A stretch of 64,000 nt of DNA from Reyranella sp. (GCF_965229815.1 NZ_CBDDJN010000002.1:1741562-1805561); one strand, 5' to 3'; shown: positions 7,959 to 17,128, counted from the first letter of the stretch. Notes: generated from the sequence alone by a model not told the origin. Numbers and translations: made by a program.

Positions 7959-8255
7959 ATGACCGTCGAAAACGGCGGCATCCTCGACACCCTCGCCGCC
8001 CCGCAGATCTTCTCGCGGGCGGAGGTGATTCGGGAAATCTGTGTCCATCTCGAACCCTACCGGGTCGGCGAAAGACCGATCACGGGCGGCACGGTGATTG
8101 CCAAGGACCTGACCATCGATTCGCTCGCGATCATGGACATGGTCATGGAGCTCGAGGATCGCTTCGACGTTTCCATTCCCATGGGCGTCATCGCCGAGAT
8201 CCACACGGTCGACCAGCTCGCCGACACGATCCGGGAGCTCGGCGCCCGCGGCTAG
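7959..8255 (+). CDS. acp: Acyl carrier protein dedicated to sphingolipid synthesis
   Basis: DLTIDSLAIMDMVMELEDRFDVSIP contains the phosphopantetheine DSL serine. The start is uncertain (7908 or 7959). Confidence 0.9.
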   Translation: MTVENGGILDTLAAPQIFSRAEVIREICVHLEPYRVGERPITGGTVIAKDLTIDSLAIMDMVMELEDRFDVSIPMGVIAEIHTVDQLADTIRELGARG

Positions 8256-8310
8256 GCGGCCGCCGGGACACCGTCATTGAAAATCGGACGCGGGTAGGGG
8301 AGCTCGTCAC

Positions 8311-9537
8311 ATGGGCTTGTTCGACCGACACGCCGGCCTGCTCGAGGCCTACCGCGACGTCCGGACCACCGGCTACGACCCGTTCCAGATCCGCATGGAG
8401 CGGGTCCTGTCGCCGACCGAGGCGATCATCAACGGCCGCAAGACGCTGCTGGTCGGGACGAACAATTATTTCGGCCTGACCTTCGACCCGTCCTGCATGG
8501 AAGCGGCGATCGAGGCGATTCGCGCCGAGGGCACCGGCACGACCGGCTCGCGCATCGCCAACGGCTCCTACAGCGAGCACGTCGCGCTCGAGAAGGAGAT
8601 CGCCGAGTTCTACGGCAAGAAGCACTGCATGGTGTTCACCACCGGCTACCAGGCCAATCTCGGGGTGATCGCCACGCTGGGCGGCGAGGGCGACTTCCTG
8701 CTGATCGACGCCGACAGCCACGCCTCGATCTACGACGCCTGCAAGATGACCCAGGCCGAGGTCGTGCGCTTCAAGCACAACGACCCGTCGAGCCTGGAGG
8801 CGCGCCTGCGCCGCCTTGGTGATCGGCCGGGCAACCGCATCGTCGTGCTCGAGGGCATCTACTCGATGCTGGGCGACAGCGCGCCGCTCGTCGAGTTCAT
8901 CGACGTCTGCAAGAAGTACGGCGCCTACGTGCTGATCGACGAGGCCCATTCGCTGGGCGCCTTGGGCGATCACGGCCGCGGCCTCTGCGAGAAGGCGGGC
9001 GTGCTCGACGACTGCCACTTCATCGTCGGCACCTTCTCCAAGACGCTGGGCGCCATCGGCGGCTACTGCGTCTCGGACGATCCCGACTTCGACATCCTGC
9101 GCGTCACCGTCCGCTCCTACATGTTCACGGCGTCGCTGCCGCCCTCGATCGTCGCCTCGGTGCGCCAGGCGCTGCGGGTCGTGAAGGCACGGCCCGAGCT
9201 TCGCACGCAGCTCTGGGACAATGTCGCCACGCTCTACGACGGTCTGAAGGCGCGCGGCTTCACGCTCGGTCCCGAGCACGGCCCGGTGGTCGGCGTGCAC
9301 CTGCCCGACCGCACCACGGCCATCGGCTTCTGGCGGGCGATGCTGGACGCCGGCATCTACGTCAACGTCGCGGTGCCGCCGGCCACGCCCAACGGCGTGT
9401 CCCTGCTGCGCTGCTCGCTCTGCGCCGTGCACACGCGCGAGCAGCTCGAGCACATGGTCGAGGTCATGACCGGGATCGCCCGGCAGTTCGGCGTCCTTCC
9501 CACCGAGCCCCAGCTGCGCGCCGCCGGCGCCCGCTGA
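8311..9537 (+). CDS. spt: Serine palmitoyltransferase (alpha-oxoamine synthase family)
   Basis: GTNNYFGLT, GTGTTGSRIANG, DEAHSLG and PLP-lysine motif GTFSK (SPT-type). Flanked by ACP and other ceramide genes. Confidence 0.85.
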   Translation: MGLFDRHAGLLEAYRDVRTTGYDPFQIRMERVLSPTEAIINGRKTLLVGTNNYFGLTFDPSCMEAAIEAIRAEGTGTTGSRIANGSYSEHVALEKEIAEFYGKKHCMVFTTGYQANLGVIATLGGEGDFLLIDADSHASIYDACKMTQAEVVRFKHNDPSSLEARLRRLGDRPGNRIVVLEGIYSMLGDSAPLVEFIDVCKKYGAYVLIDEAHSLGALGDHGRGLCEKAGVLDDCHFIVGTFSKTLGAIGGYCVSDDPDFDILRVTVRSYMFTASLPPSIVASVRQALRVVKARPELRTQLWDNVATLYDGLKARGFTLGPEHGPVVGVHLPDRTTAIGFWRAMLDAGIYVNVAVPPATPNGVSLLRCSLCAVHTREQLEHMVEVMTGIARQFGVLPTEPQLRAAGAR

Positions 9538-9543
9538 GGCGCG

Positions 9544-10479
9544 ATGTTCACCCTCGCGCACCTGTCCGATCCGCATCTGCCGATGCCGCCGGCGCGGCCG
9601 CTCGAGCTCGTCGGCAAGCGGGCGACCGGATACTTCAACTGGTGGCGCAGCCGCGTGCGCGTGCATGTCCCCGAGGCGCTGGCCGCCATCGTGGCCGACA
9701 TCGCGCGGCAGGCGCCGGACCATGTCGCGCTCACCGGCGATCTCGTGAACATCTCGCTGGGCACCGAGTTCGAGGTGGCGGCGCGCTGGCTTGCGACGCT
9801 GGGGCCGCCCGACCGCGTCACCGTCGTGCCCGGCAACCATGACGTCTATGTCGCGACCGCCTGGCCGCTGAGCCTCGGCCTGTGGGGCGCCTACATGGCG
9901 GGCGACGGCCAGCCGGCGGCGCAGGGCTTCGACACCTTCCCGATCGTGCGCCGGCGCGGACCCGGCAGCGAAGGGGTCGCCCTCCTCGGCCTGTCGAGCG
10001 GCGTTCCGAAGCCGCCGTTCTTCGCGACCGGCACGCTGGGCGAGGCCCAGCTCGCGCGCGCCGAGCGGCTGCTGGCCGAGCTCGGCGGCGAGGGGCTCTG
10101 CCGGGTCGTGCTGATCCACCATCCGCCGCTCACCACCGAGAAGCACTTCAAGCGGCTGACCGACGCCGCCGCCTTCCAGGCGATGATCCGCCGGGTCGGC
10201 TGCGAGCTGGTGCTGCACGGCCACAACCATCGCAGCGAGGTGGCGCGCATCGCCGGTCCCGACGGGCCGGTGCCGGTGATCGGCGTCACGTCCGCGTCGG
10301 CCGCGCCGGACAGTCCCTACGGCCGCGCCCGCTACCACCTGATCCGCATCGCCCGCACCGGCGCGGGCTGGCGCATCGACGTCGCCCTGCGCGCGCTCCG
10401 GCCCGACGGGGCGGGCTGCGAGCCGGACGGCAATCTCGTGTTCCACAGCGGCGGCGGCCTCGCCGCGCTGGCCGCCTGA
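9544..10479 (+). CDS. Calcineurin-like metallophosphoesterase (CpgA-like by position)
   Basis: SDPH, GDLVN, PGNHD, HH and HGHNH metal-binding motifs; directly downstream of spt. Confidence 0.88.
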   Translation: MFTLAHLSDPHLPMPPARPLELVGKRATGYFNWWRSRVRVHVPEALAAIVADIARQAPDHVALTGDLVNISLGTEFEVAARWLATLGPPDRVTVVPGNHDVYVATAWPLSLGLWGAYMAGDGQPAAQGFDTFPIVRRRGPGSEGVALLGLSSGVPKPPFFATGTLGEAQLARAERLLAELGGEGLCRVVLIHHPPLTTEKHFKRLTDAAAFQAMIRRVGCELVLHGHNHRSEVARIAGPDGPVPVIGVTSASAAPDSPYGRARYHLIRIARTGAGWRIDVALRALRPDGAGCEPDGNLVFHSGGGLAALAA

Positions 10480-10496
10480 GGGCGGCCCGGACCCTC

Positions 10497-11642
10497 ATGA
10501 GCGCAGCCGACATCGTGGTGTCGCCGGTCACGGACAAGGCCGGCCTCAAGGCCTTCATCGAGCTGCCCAAGCGGCTCTATGCCGGGCACAAGGGCTACAT
10601 CCCCCATCTCGACACCGAGCGGCGCGAGGCCTTCACGCCCGGCAAGAACCCATTGTTCGGCCATGTCGAGGTCGCCTTCTTCCTCGCCCGCCGCGCCGGC
10701 CACGTGGTCGGCCGCATCACAGCTCAGATCGATTCTGTCTCTCTCGAGCGCTACCAGGACGCCACCGGCCACTTCGGCTGCCTGGCGGCCGAGGACGATC
10801 CGGCGATCTTCGCCGCCCTGTTCGCGGCGGCCGAGGGCTGGCTGCGATCGAAGGGCATGAAGCGGGCGACCGGCCCGTTCAGCCTGTCGATCAACGAGGA
10901 GGTCGGGCTGCTGGTCTGGGGCTTCGACAGCCGTCCGGTCCTGCTGACGCCCTACGATCCGCCCTGGTCGGGCCCGCGCGTCGAGGGCTGCGGCTACGCC
11001 AAGCTGAAGGACGTCTTCTCCTACGACTACGACGTCCAGAACGCGCCCGAGACGATCGGCGCCAAGCTGATGGCGCGGGCGGGCATGGCCGGCCGGGTCA
11101 AGGTGCGCTCCGCCGACATGAAGTTGTTCGACGCCGAGGTCCGCACCCTGGTCAACATCTTCAATGACGCCTGGAGCGACAACTGGGGCTTCGTGCCCTT
11201 CACCCAGGCCGAGATCGACCACGCCTCCAAGGCCTTCGGGCCGGTGATCGTGCCCGACCTCGCGGTGTTCGTGGAGGTCGACGACGAGGCCGTGGCCTTC
11301 ATCGTCGCGCTGACCAACCTCAACGAGGCGATCGCCGAGTTCAACGGCCGGCTGGGTCCGGTCAACCTGGTGAAGCTCCTGTGGCGGCTCAAGATCGCCG
11401 GCGTCGGCAGCACCCGCGTGCCGCTGATGGGGGTGAAGAAGCGGTTCCGCAACCATCCGCTGATGGGGGCGGGACTCGCCATGATGGCGATCGACACGCT
11501 GCGGGCCAACGGCAAGCGGCTGGGCAAGACCAGCGCCGAGCTGGGCTGGATCCTCGAGGACAACAAGGCCACCAACAACATCATCCGCTCGGTGGGCGGG
11601 GTGCACTACAAGACGCACCGGATCTACGAGAAGGCTTTGTGA
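10497..11642 (+). CDS. bcerS: Bacterial ceramide synthase-like GNAT N-acyltransferase (often annotated dATP pyrophosphohydrolase)
   Basis: 381 aa; FLARR.G..VGRI.A, GPFSLSINEEVGLL.GF, FNDAWSDNWGFVP and ELGWILEDN fit the bCerS family, and it lies within an spt cluster. Confidence 0.75.
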   Translation: MSAADIVVSPVTDKAGLKAFIELPKRLYAGHKGYIPHLDTERREAFTPGKNPLFGHVEVAFFLARRAGHVVGRITAQIDSVSLERYQDATGHFGCLAAEDDPAIFAALFAAAEGWLRSKGMKRATGPFSLSINEEVGLLVWGFDSRPVLLTPYDPPWSGPRVEGCGYAKLKDVFSYDYDVQNAPETIGAKLMARAGMAGRVKVRSADMKLFDAEVRTLVNIFNDAWSDNWGFVPFTQAEIDHASKAFGPVIVPDLAVFVEVDDEAVAFIVALTNLNEAIAEFNGRLGPVNLVKLLWRLKIAGVGSTRVPLMGVKKRFRNHPLMGAGLAMMAIDTLRANGKRLGKTSAELGWILEDNKATNNIIRSVGGVHYKTHRIYEKAL

Positions 11643-12898
11643 ACGCCCCGGCCGACGGCGCCGGGCCGCCGCCGGCGCGGCCGCATTCCGCCTTCGCCCC
11701 GCTCGCCAACCGCGCCTTCCTGGCGCTGTGGATCGCCAACCTCCTGTCCAACACCGGCGGCTGGATGCAGACCACGGGCGCGGCCTGGGAAATGACCAGC
11801 CTGACGGCCGAGCCGATCTTCGTCGCCCTGCTGGCGGCGTCGGGCACGCTGCCCATGTTCCTGTTCTGCTTCCTGGCCGGCATCCTGGCCGACCGCTTCG
11901 ACCGCCGCCGCTACATCATCGCCTGCCAGGTCTGGATGATGGCCGTGGCCGCCACGCTGGCGGTGCTGGCCTTCCTCGGCCGGCTGGACCACTGGAGCCT
12001 GCTGGCGCTCAGCTTCTGCATGGGGCTCGGCAACGCCATGAACGCCCCGGCCTGGCACGCCATCGTGCCCGAGATCGTGTCGGGACCGATGCTGCGGCCG
12101 GCGATCGCGCTGAACAGCGCAGGCTTCAACCTCGCCCGCACCGTGGGCCCGGTGGTCGGCCAGATCCTGCTCGGGCTGGTCGGCGTCTTCCTCCTCTTCG
12201 CCATCAACGCGCTGACCTATGTCGGCGTCATCCTGGCGATGACGGGCTGGCGGCGGCCGGCCGAAGCCCATGCCGCCCAGCGCCGCGAGGGCTTCGCCGA
12301 GGCGGCCCGCTCGGGCATCGCCTTCGTGCGCGCCAACGGCGATCTCAAGGCCATCTTCGCTCGCGGCCTGTGCTTCTTCCTGCCGGGAATCGCCATCGCC
12401 ACGCTGCTGCCGGTGATCGGCCGGTTCGAGCTCGGGCTGGACGAGTTCGCCTTCGGCATCCTCTACGCCGTGTTCGGAGCCGGGGCGGTCAGCGGCGCCA
12501 TCCTGATGTCGACCGCCAACCGCCTGCTCGGCCCCGACCGCGCCAACATCTGGGCGATGGGAATCCACGCGGCCGTCACGCTGATCGCCGCGCTCGATCT
12601 CACACCGACTGTCGTCGGCGCCTGCGTCGCCGTCACGGGCGCCTGCTGGATCACGGTCATCGCCAACAACGGCGCGGCGGTGCAGATGATCCTGCCCAAC
12701 TACATGCGGGCCCGCGGCATGGCGGTCCACCAGATGGTGTTCTTCGGCGCCATGGTCGCGGGCGCGCTGCTGTGGGGGAAGATCGCCACGCTGCTCGGCT
12801 CGCAGGCGGCGCTGATCATCTCGGCCGGCCTGCTGGTCCCGGCGACCGTGCTGGCGGCGTCGATCCGTCTGCCCGGCTCGTCGCTGCCGCGCGCCTGA
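11639..12898 (+). CDS. MFS transporter (MFS_3 / H+ antiporter type)
   Basis: About 12 TM helices; F.ALWIANLLSNTGGWMQ, G.LADRFDRR and LPNYMRARG. The GTG start overlaps the bcerS stop (GTGA). Confidence 0.9.
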   Translation: MNAPADGAGPPPARPHSAFAPLANRAFLALWIANLLSNTGGWMQTTGAAWEMTSLTAEPIFVALLAASGTLPMFLFCFLAGILADRFDRRRYIIACQVWMMAVAATLAVLAFLGRLDHWSLLALSFCMGLGNAMNAPAWHAIVPEIVSGPMLRPAIALNSAGFNLARTVGPVVGQILLGLVGVFLLFAINALTYVGVILAMTGWRRPAEAHAAQRREGFAEAARSGIAFVRANGDLKAIFARGLCFFLPGIAIATLLPVIGRFELGLDEFAFGILYAVFGAGAVSGAILMSTANRLLGPDRANIWAMGIHAAVTLIAALDLTPTVVGACVAVTGACWITVIANNGAAVQMILPNYMRARGMAVHQMVFFGAMVAGALLWGKIATLLGSQAALIISAGLLVPATVLAASIRLPGSSLPRA

Positions 12899-13075
12899 TC
12901 CTGTGATGGCGTGACCACAAGAGACGTAAAAATTTGCCAGTCGGGGCAGAATCTTCTTGCGATGGCGTCGATTAGTTGTAGATAGCGAATTGAAAGACGC
13001 CCACGCACGTGCCGCTGGCCCATAGTGGTTACGCAACGACGGAAAGCGTCCTTTTTGGCAGTGCCGGCGCAAGCC

Positions 13076-13256
13076 GGGTCCGGGAAGGAGCTTCTGAGAT
13101 GGTTGCTTACCGTGCGGGGCGCGTACCCCGCTATTATGTCGATTGCCCGGTGAACCAGGACCGGGCCTTCTTGACCGCTCCTTCGCTGCTGCAGACCCGG
13201 ACTCCGTCGAGTATCGGCTGACGCCGCTGCCGTCACGGCACCGCGCGTCACTTTTC
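13076..13256 (+). promoter_or_regulatory. Structured 5' leader of ornithine decarboxylase (candidate cis-regulatory RNA/attenuator)
   Basis: Nested stems 13076-13084/13196-13204 and 13084-13091/13177-13184; hairpins 13114-13131 and 13145-13166; then a terminator-like hairpin 13219-13250 followed by CTTTT. Confidence 0.55.
13099..13221 (+). CDS. Candidate 40-aa leader peptide (uORF) upstream of ornithine decarboxylase
   Basis: ATG at 13099 with a strong GGAAGGAG SD. Peptide is MVAYRAGRVPRYYVDCPVNQDRAFLTAPSLLQTRTPSSIG. Confidence 0.3.
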   Translation: MVAYRAGRVPRYYVDCPVNQDRAFLTAPSLLQTRTPSSIG

Positions 13257-13305
13257 GACGTCTGCAGAACCCATCCTCATTGGATTGACGGGGAACCCCC
13301 CAGCG

Positions 13306-14436
13306 ATGACCGAGCGTATTTTTCGTTATCTCCGCGAGCAGCAGCCCGAGACGCCGTGCCTGGTGATGGATCTCGACGTGGTCGAGCACAACTTCCGGCG
13401 CATGCGTGAGCTGCTGCCGGCGGCGCACATCTTCTACGCCGTGAAGGCCAACCCGGCGGCGCAGATCCTGTCGCGCCTGTCGGGCCTGGGCTCGAAGTTC
13501 GACACCGCGAGCCGCGGCGAGATCGAGCTCGTCCAGGCGACCGGCGTCGGCATGGACCGCGTCTCCTTCGGCAACACGATCAAGAAGGAAAAGGACATCG
13601 CCTGGGCCTACCAGCAGGGCGTCCGCCTGTTCGCGTTCGACAGCGAGGCCGAGCTGCAGAAGCTCGCCCGCTCGGCGCCGGGCTCGCGCGTCTTCTGCCG
13701 CGTGCTGGTCGACTGCGGCGGCGCCGAGTGGCCGCTCAGCAAGAAGTTCGGCTGCGCGCCGGAGATGGCCAAGGACCTGCTGCGCAAGGCCAAGGAGTGG
13801 GGGCTCGACGCCTACGGCATCTCCTTCCATGTCGGCAGCCAGCAGACCGACCTCGAGCAGTGGGACCGCGCGCTGGGCCAGGTCTCGCAGATGTTCTTCG
13901 CGCTCGCCGAGGCCGGCGTCGACCTGCGGATGGTCAACATGGGCGGCGGCTTCCCGGCCCGCTACCGCGCCGAGGTCAACAGCATCGAGGCCTACTGCGA
14001 GGCGGTCGGCCGCGCGCTGGTGCGCCACTTCGGCAACCGCATGCCCGAGGTCATCATCGAGCCGGGCCGCTCCATGGTCGGCGATGCCGGCGTGATCCAG
14101 AGCGAGGTCGTGCTGGTGTCGCGCAAGGCGGCCAACGATCGCAAGCGCTGGGTCTACCTCGACATCGGCAAGTTCTCGGGCCTCGCCGAGACGATGGACG
14201 AGAGCATCAAGTACCGCGTGCGCACGGCGCGCGACGGCACGCGCGTGGGCCCCGTGGTGCTGGCCGGCCCGACCTGCGATTCGGCCGACATCCTCTACGA
14301 GAAGACCGAGTACAAGCTGCCGCTGGCGCTGAAGCCCGGCGACAAGGTCGAGATCCTGTCGACCGGCGCCTACACGACGACCTACTCGTCGGTGGCGTTC
14401 AACGGCTTCTCGCCGCTCAAGGCGATCTGCATCTAA
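13306..14436 (+). CDS. odc: Ornithine decarboxylase (fold III PLP, Orn/Lys/Arg group IV)
   Basis: FYAVKANP, FDTAS.GEI, KFG, SFHVGSQ, NMGGGFP, EPGR, GPTCDSAD and GAY motifs. Confidence 0.93.
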   Translation: MTERIFRYLREQQPETPCLVMDLDVVEHNFRRMRELLPAAHIFYAVKANPAAQILSRLSGLGSKFDTASRGEIELVQATGVGMDRVSFGNTIKKEKDIAWAYQQGVRLFAFDSEAELQKLARSAPGSRVFCRVLVDCGGAEWPLSKKFGCAPEMAKDLLRKAKEWGLDAYGISFHVGSQQTDLEQWDRALGQVSQMFFALAEAGVDLRMVNMGGGFPARYRAEVNSIEAYCEAVGRALVRHFGNRMPEVIIEPGRSMVGDAGVIQSEVVLVSRKAANDRKRWVYLDIGKFSGLAETMDESIKYRVRTARDGTRVGPVVLAGPTCDSADILYEKTEYKLPLALKPGDKVEILSTGAYTTTYSSVAFNGFSPLKAICI

Positions 14437-14461
14437 GCCTCGTTCCACCTCAGGGACGAAC

Positions 14462-14495
14462 CGACGGGGCCTTGAGAAAGGCCCCGTCGCCGTTT
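14462..14495 (+). terminator. GC-rich hairpin between odc and hss
   Basis: Perfect 11-bp stem GACGGGGCCTT/AAGGCCCCGTC with a GAGA loop; only a short T tract follows. Confidence 0.6.
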
Positions 14496-14527
14496 ATCGA
14501 CCACCTTCAACAAGGCAGGGACACGAA

Positions 14528-15958
14528 ATGGCGAAGACCGTCGCGCGGAAGAAGTACCTCGATTTCAAGGGACGCATGGTGATGATCGGCTTCGGCTCGA
14601 TCGGCCAGGGCGTGCTGCCGCTGATCCTGAAGCATATCGGCATCAAGCCGCGCCAGATCACGGTGATCGCCGAGGATGACCGCGGCGGCCTGCCCGAGAC
14701 CGAGCGCTACGGCATCGAGTTCATCCAGAAGCGCCTGACCAAGGCCAACTACCGGCAGATGCTGGCCGGCCGGCTCGCCAAGGGCGACTTCCTCGTCAAC
14801 CTGTCGGTCGAGGTCGCCTCGACCGCGCTGGTCGAGCTCTGCCAGGAGAAGGGCGCCTTCTACATCGACACCTGCATCGAGCCGTGGCCCGGCGGCTACA
14901 CCGACCCCAGCCTGTCGGTGTCGCTGCGCTCCAACTACGCGCTGCGCGAGACGATGCTGAAGCTGAAGCCCAGGTACGCGGGCGGGCCGACGGCGGTGAT
15001 CGCGCACGGCGCCAATCCCGGCCTGGTGTCGCACTTCACCAAGCAGGCGCTGCTCAACATCGCGCGCGACACCGGCGTCAAGACGGCGGTTCCGAAGACC
15101 CGCGAGGCGTGGGGGCGGCTGGCGCGCCGGCTGGGCGTGAAGGTCATCCACGTCGCCGAGCGCGACACCCAGGTCTCGCCAATCCCGAAGGAGGTCGGCG
15201 AGTTCGTCAACACCTGGTCGATCGACGGCTTCGTCTCCGAAGGCAGCCAGCCGGCCGAGATGGGCTGGGGCACGCACGAGAAGGCGCTGCCACCCGACGG
15301 CGCGCGCCACAAGTTCGGCTGCGGCGCGGCGATCTACCTGAACCGGCCCGGCCTGCTCACGCGCGTGCGCACCTGGACGCCGCTCGAGGGGCCGTTCCAC
15401 GGCTTCATCATCACCCACAACGAGTCGATCTCGATGGCCGACTACTTCACCCTGCGCGACGGCGCCAAGGTGCTGTACCGGCCGACCGTGCACTATGCCT
15501 ACCATCCGTGCGACCAGGCGATCATGTCGATGCACGAGTGCGCGGGGAAGAACCTCCGCCAGCAGAAGCGCCAGCGCCTGATCGTCGACGAGATCGTCTC
15601 GGGCCGCGACGAGCTCGGCGTGCTGCTGATGGGCCACAAGAAGGGCGCCTACTGGTACGGCTCGCAGCTCGACATCAAGGAGACGCGCAAGCTTGCGCCC
15701 TACAACAACGCGACCTCGATCCAGGTCTGCGCGCCCGTCCTGTCGGGCATCATCTGGGCGCTGGAGAATCCCGATCGCGGCGTCGTCGAGGCCGACGAGA
15801 TGGACTTCGCCCGCAACCTCGAGATCTGCATGCCCTATCTCGGGCCGGTGGTCGGCAAGTACAGTGACTGGACGCCGCTCAAGGACCGCGGCGGGCTGTT
15901 CCCCGAGAAGCTCGACACGCGCGATCCCTGGCAGTTCCAGAACTTCCGCGTGAACTGA
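14528..15958 (+). CDS. hss: Homospermidine synthase
   Basis: IGFGSIGQG, YIDTCIEPW, HGANPGLVSHF, NTWSIDGF.SEG.QPAE.GWG, HNESIS, HYAYHPC and NATSIQV. Confidence 0.96.
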   Translation: MAKTVARKKYLDFKGRMVMIGFGSIGQGVLPLILKHIGIKPRQITVIAEDDRGGLPETERYGIEFIQKRLTKANYRQMLAGRLAKGDFLVNLSVEVASTALVELCQEKGAFYIDTCIEPWPGGYTDPSLSVSLRSNYALRETMLKLKPRYAGGPTAVIAHGANPGLVSHFTKQALLNIARDTGVKTAVPKTREAWGRLARRLGVKVIHVAERDTQVSPIPKEVGEFVNTWSIDGFVSEGSQPAEMGWGTHEKALPPDGARHKFGCGAAIYLNRPGLLTRVRTWTPLEGPFHGFIITHNESISMADYFTLRDGAKVLYRPTVHYAYHPCDQAIMSMHECAGKNLRQQKRQRLIVDEIVSGRDELGVLLMGHKKGAYWYGSQLDIKETRKLAPYNNATSIQVCAPVLSGIIWALENPDRGVVEADEMDFARNLEICMPYLGPVVGKYSDWTPLKDRGGLFPEKLDTRDPWQFQNFRVN

Positions 15959-15969
15959 CGACGATGCCG

Positions 15970-16001
15970 GCGGCGGTCCTTTCCGTGGGAAGGACCGCCG
16001 C
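15970..16001. terminator. Probable bidirectional terminator hairpin between convergent genes
   Basis: 12-bp stem GCGGCGGTCCTT/AAGGACCGCCGC. Confidence 0.65.
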
Positions 16002-16009
16002 TCGCGCGC

Positions 16010-17128
16010 CTACTTGCCCGACAGGTCGATGAACGACGGCTTCTGGTCGAACGGGATCAGCTTCACGTCCTTCGCCGAGAAGTCGAGCTTCGACAGGTCG
16101 AGATAGCGCGGCGTGGGATTGGCATAGTCCCAGATCGCGTAGGTGCCGGCCTTCATGTCGGCGACGGCCGACCATTCGGTGGTCTCGAAGCCGGCCACGC
16201 CGCCGCCGGTCGAGCCGCCGGCCTCGGTGGTGATGGCGCCGGGCGGGATGTCGAAGTTGTTCAGGATGTGGCGCGCCGCGTCCATCGCCGCGCCGCCGGT
16301 CGGCAGGTCGGGCAGGTTCTGCACGAACATGAAGGCGCGCACGAAGCGCGAGGGCGACAGGAAGTCGCCTGGCATGCCGTGCAGGCCCGCGCCCGTGCTG
16401 GGCGCGGCGATCGTGAGGCCGCCCGCCTTGCGCGGCGGCGGCTCCTTGGACGACAGGTTGCCGTAGAGGCCGAGGTTGGCGAGGTGCCAGGGGAACTGCG
16501 GCGCGTTGGTCATCACGCCGATCGGGTTGTCGTACATGTGGAGCTGGCCGCCGACATACTCGACCACCAGGCTGTTGCCGTCGCGGTCATGCAGCGTGAC
16601 GTGCAGCGGCACCGGCGCCTTGAACACGGCCTGCGGCGCGTTGCTGACCTTGATCTTGGGCAGCGCGTTCCTGACCTCGGCCACGGTCGCGAAGTTGGTC
16701 AGCATCCAGGTCAGCATCTCGAACGAGGCGATGGAGTTGCGTGCCTCGGATGCCGGGACGTCCTGGTACCTGGCGAGGTTGGGCAGGTAGAGCATGCCGC
16801 CCGTCAGGCCCTTCTCGTTCATGCCGTCGACGAGGATGTTCATGCCGAGCGCCGAGGCGCCGGTCGCGCCGAACTTGGTCTTCCACTTCAGGCCGCCGCC
16901 GGCGGCGCCGTCCGGACCGTAGGCCGTGTAGTCGTAGTCGCGCGGCATCACGATGAGCTGCGACTGCATCGGCAGGCCGAACTCGAGCGTGCGGCCATAG
17001 ACGATCGAGCCGTCCTTGGCCTTGATGATGAAGGAGGTGCAGGCCTGGCTGGCGACGGGCGCCACGGCGAGTGACAGCGCGGTGACGGTGGCGAGCGCCG
17101 TGCGGGCGATCCTGCCGAACTTCCTCAT
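16010..17128 (-). CDS. Secreted linear amide C-N hydrolase (choloylglycine hydrolase / penicillin V acylase Ntn family)
   Basis: Signal peptide ending ASQA, then nucleophile CTSF; GRTLEF, DGMNEKGL, VMTNAP and PGDFLSPSRF. Confidence 0.88.
   Translation of the reverse strand: MRKFGRIARTALATVTALSLAVAPVASQACTSFIIKAKDGSIVYGRTLEFGLPMQSQLIVMPRDYDYTAYGPDGAAGGGLKWKTKFGATGASALGMNILVDGMNEKGLTGGMLYLPNLARYQDVPASEARNSIASFEMLTWMLTNFATVAEVRNALPKIKVSNAPQAVFKAPVPLHVTLHDRDGNSLVVEYVGGQLHMYDNPIGVMTNAPQFPWHLANLGLYGNLSSKEPPPRKAGGLTIAAPSTGAGLHGMPGDFLSPSRFVRAFMFVQNLPDLPTGGAAMDAARHILNNFDIPPGAITTEAGGSTGGGVAGFETTEWSAVADMKAGTYAIWDYANPTPRYLDLSKLDFSAKDVKLIPFDQKPSFIDLSGK

Noticed and set aside
8311-9537. Alternative call as BioF or Kbl
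   Set aside because: The GTFSK motif and the acp/cerR/bcerS neighbours favour serine palmitoyltransferase.
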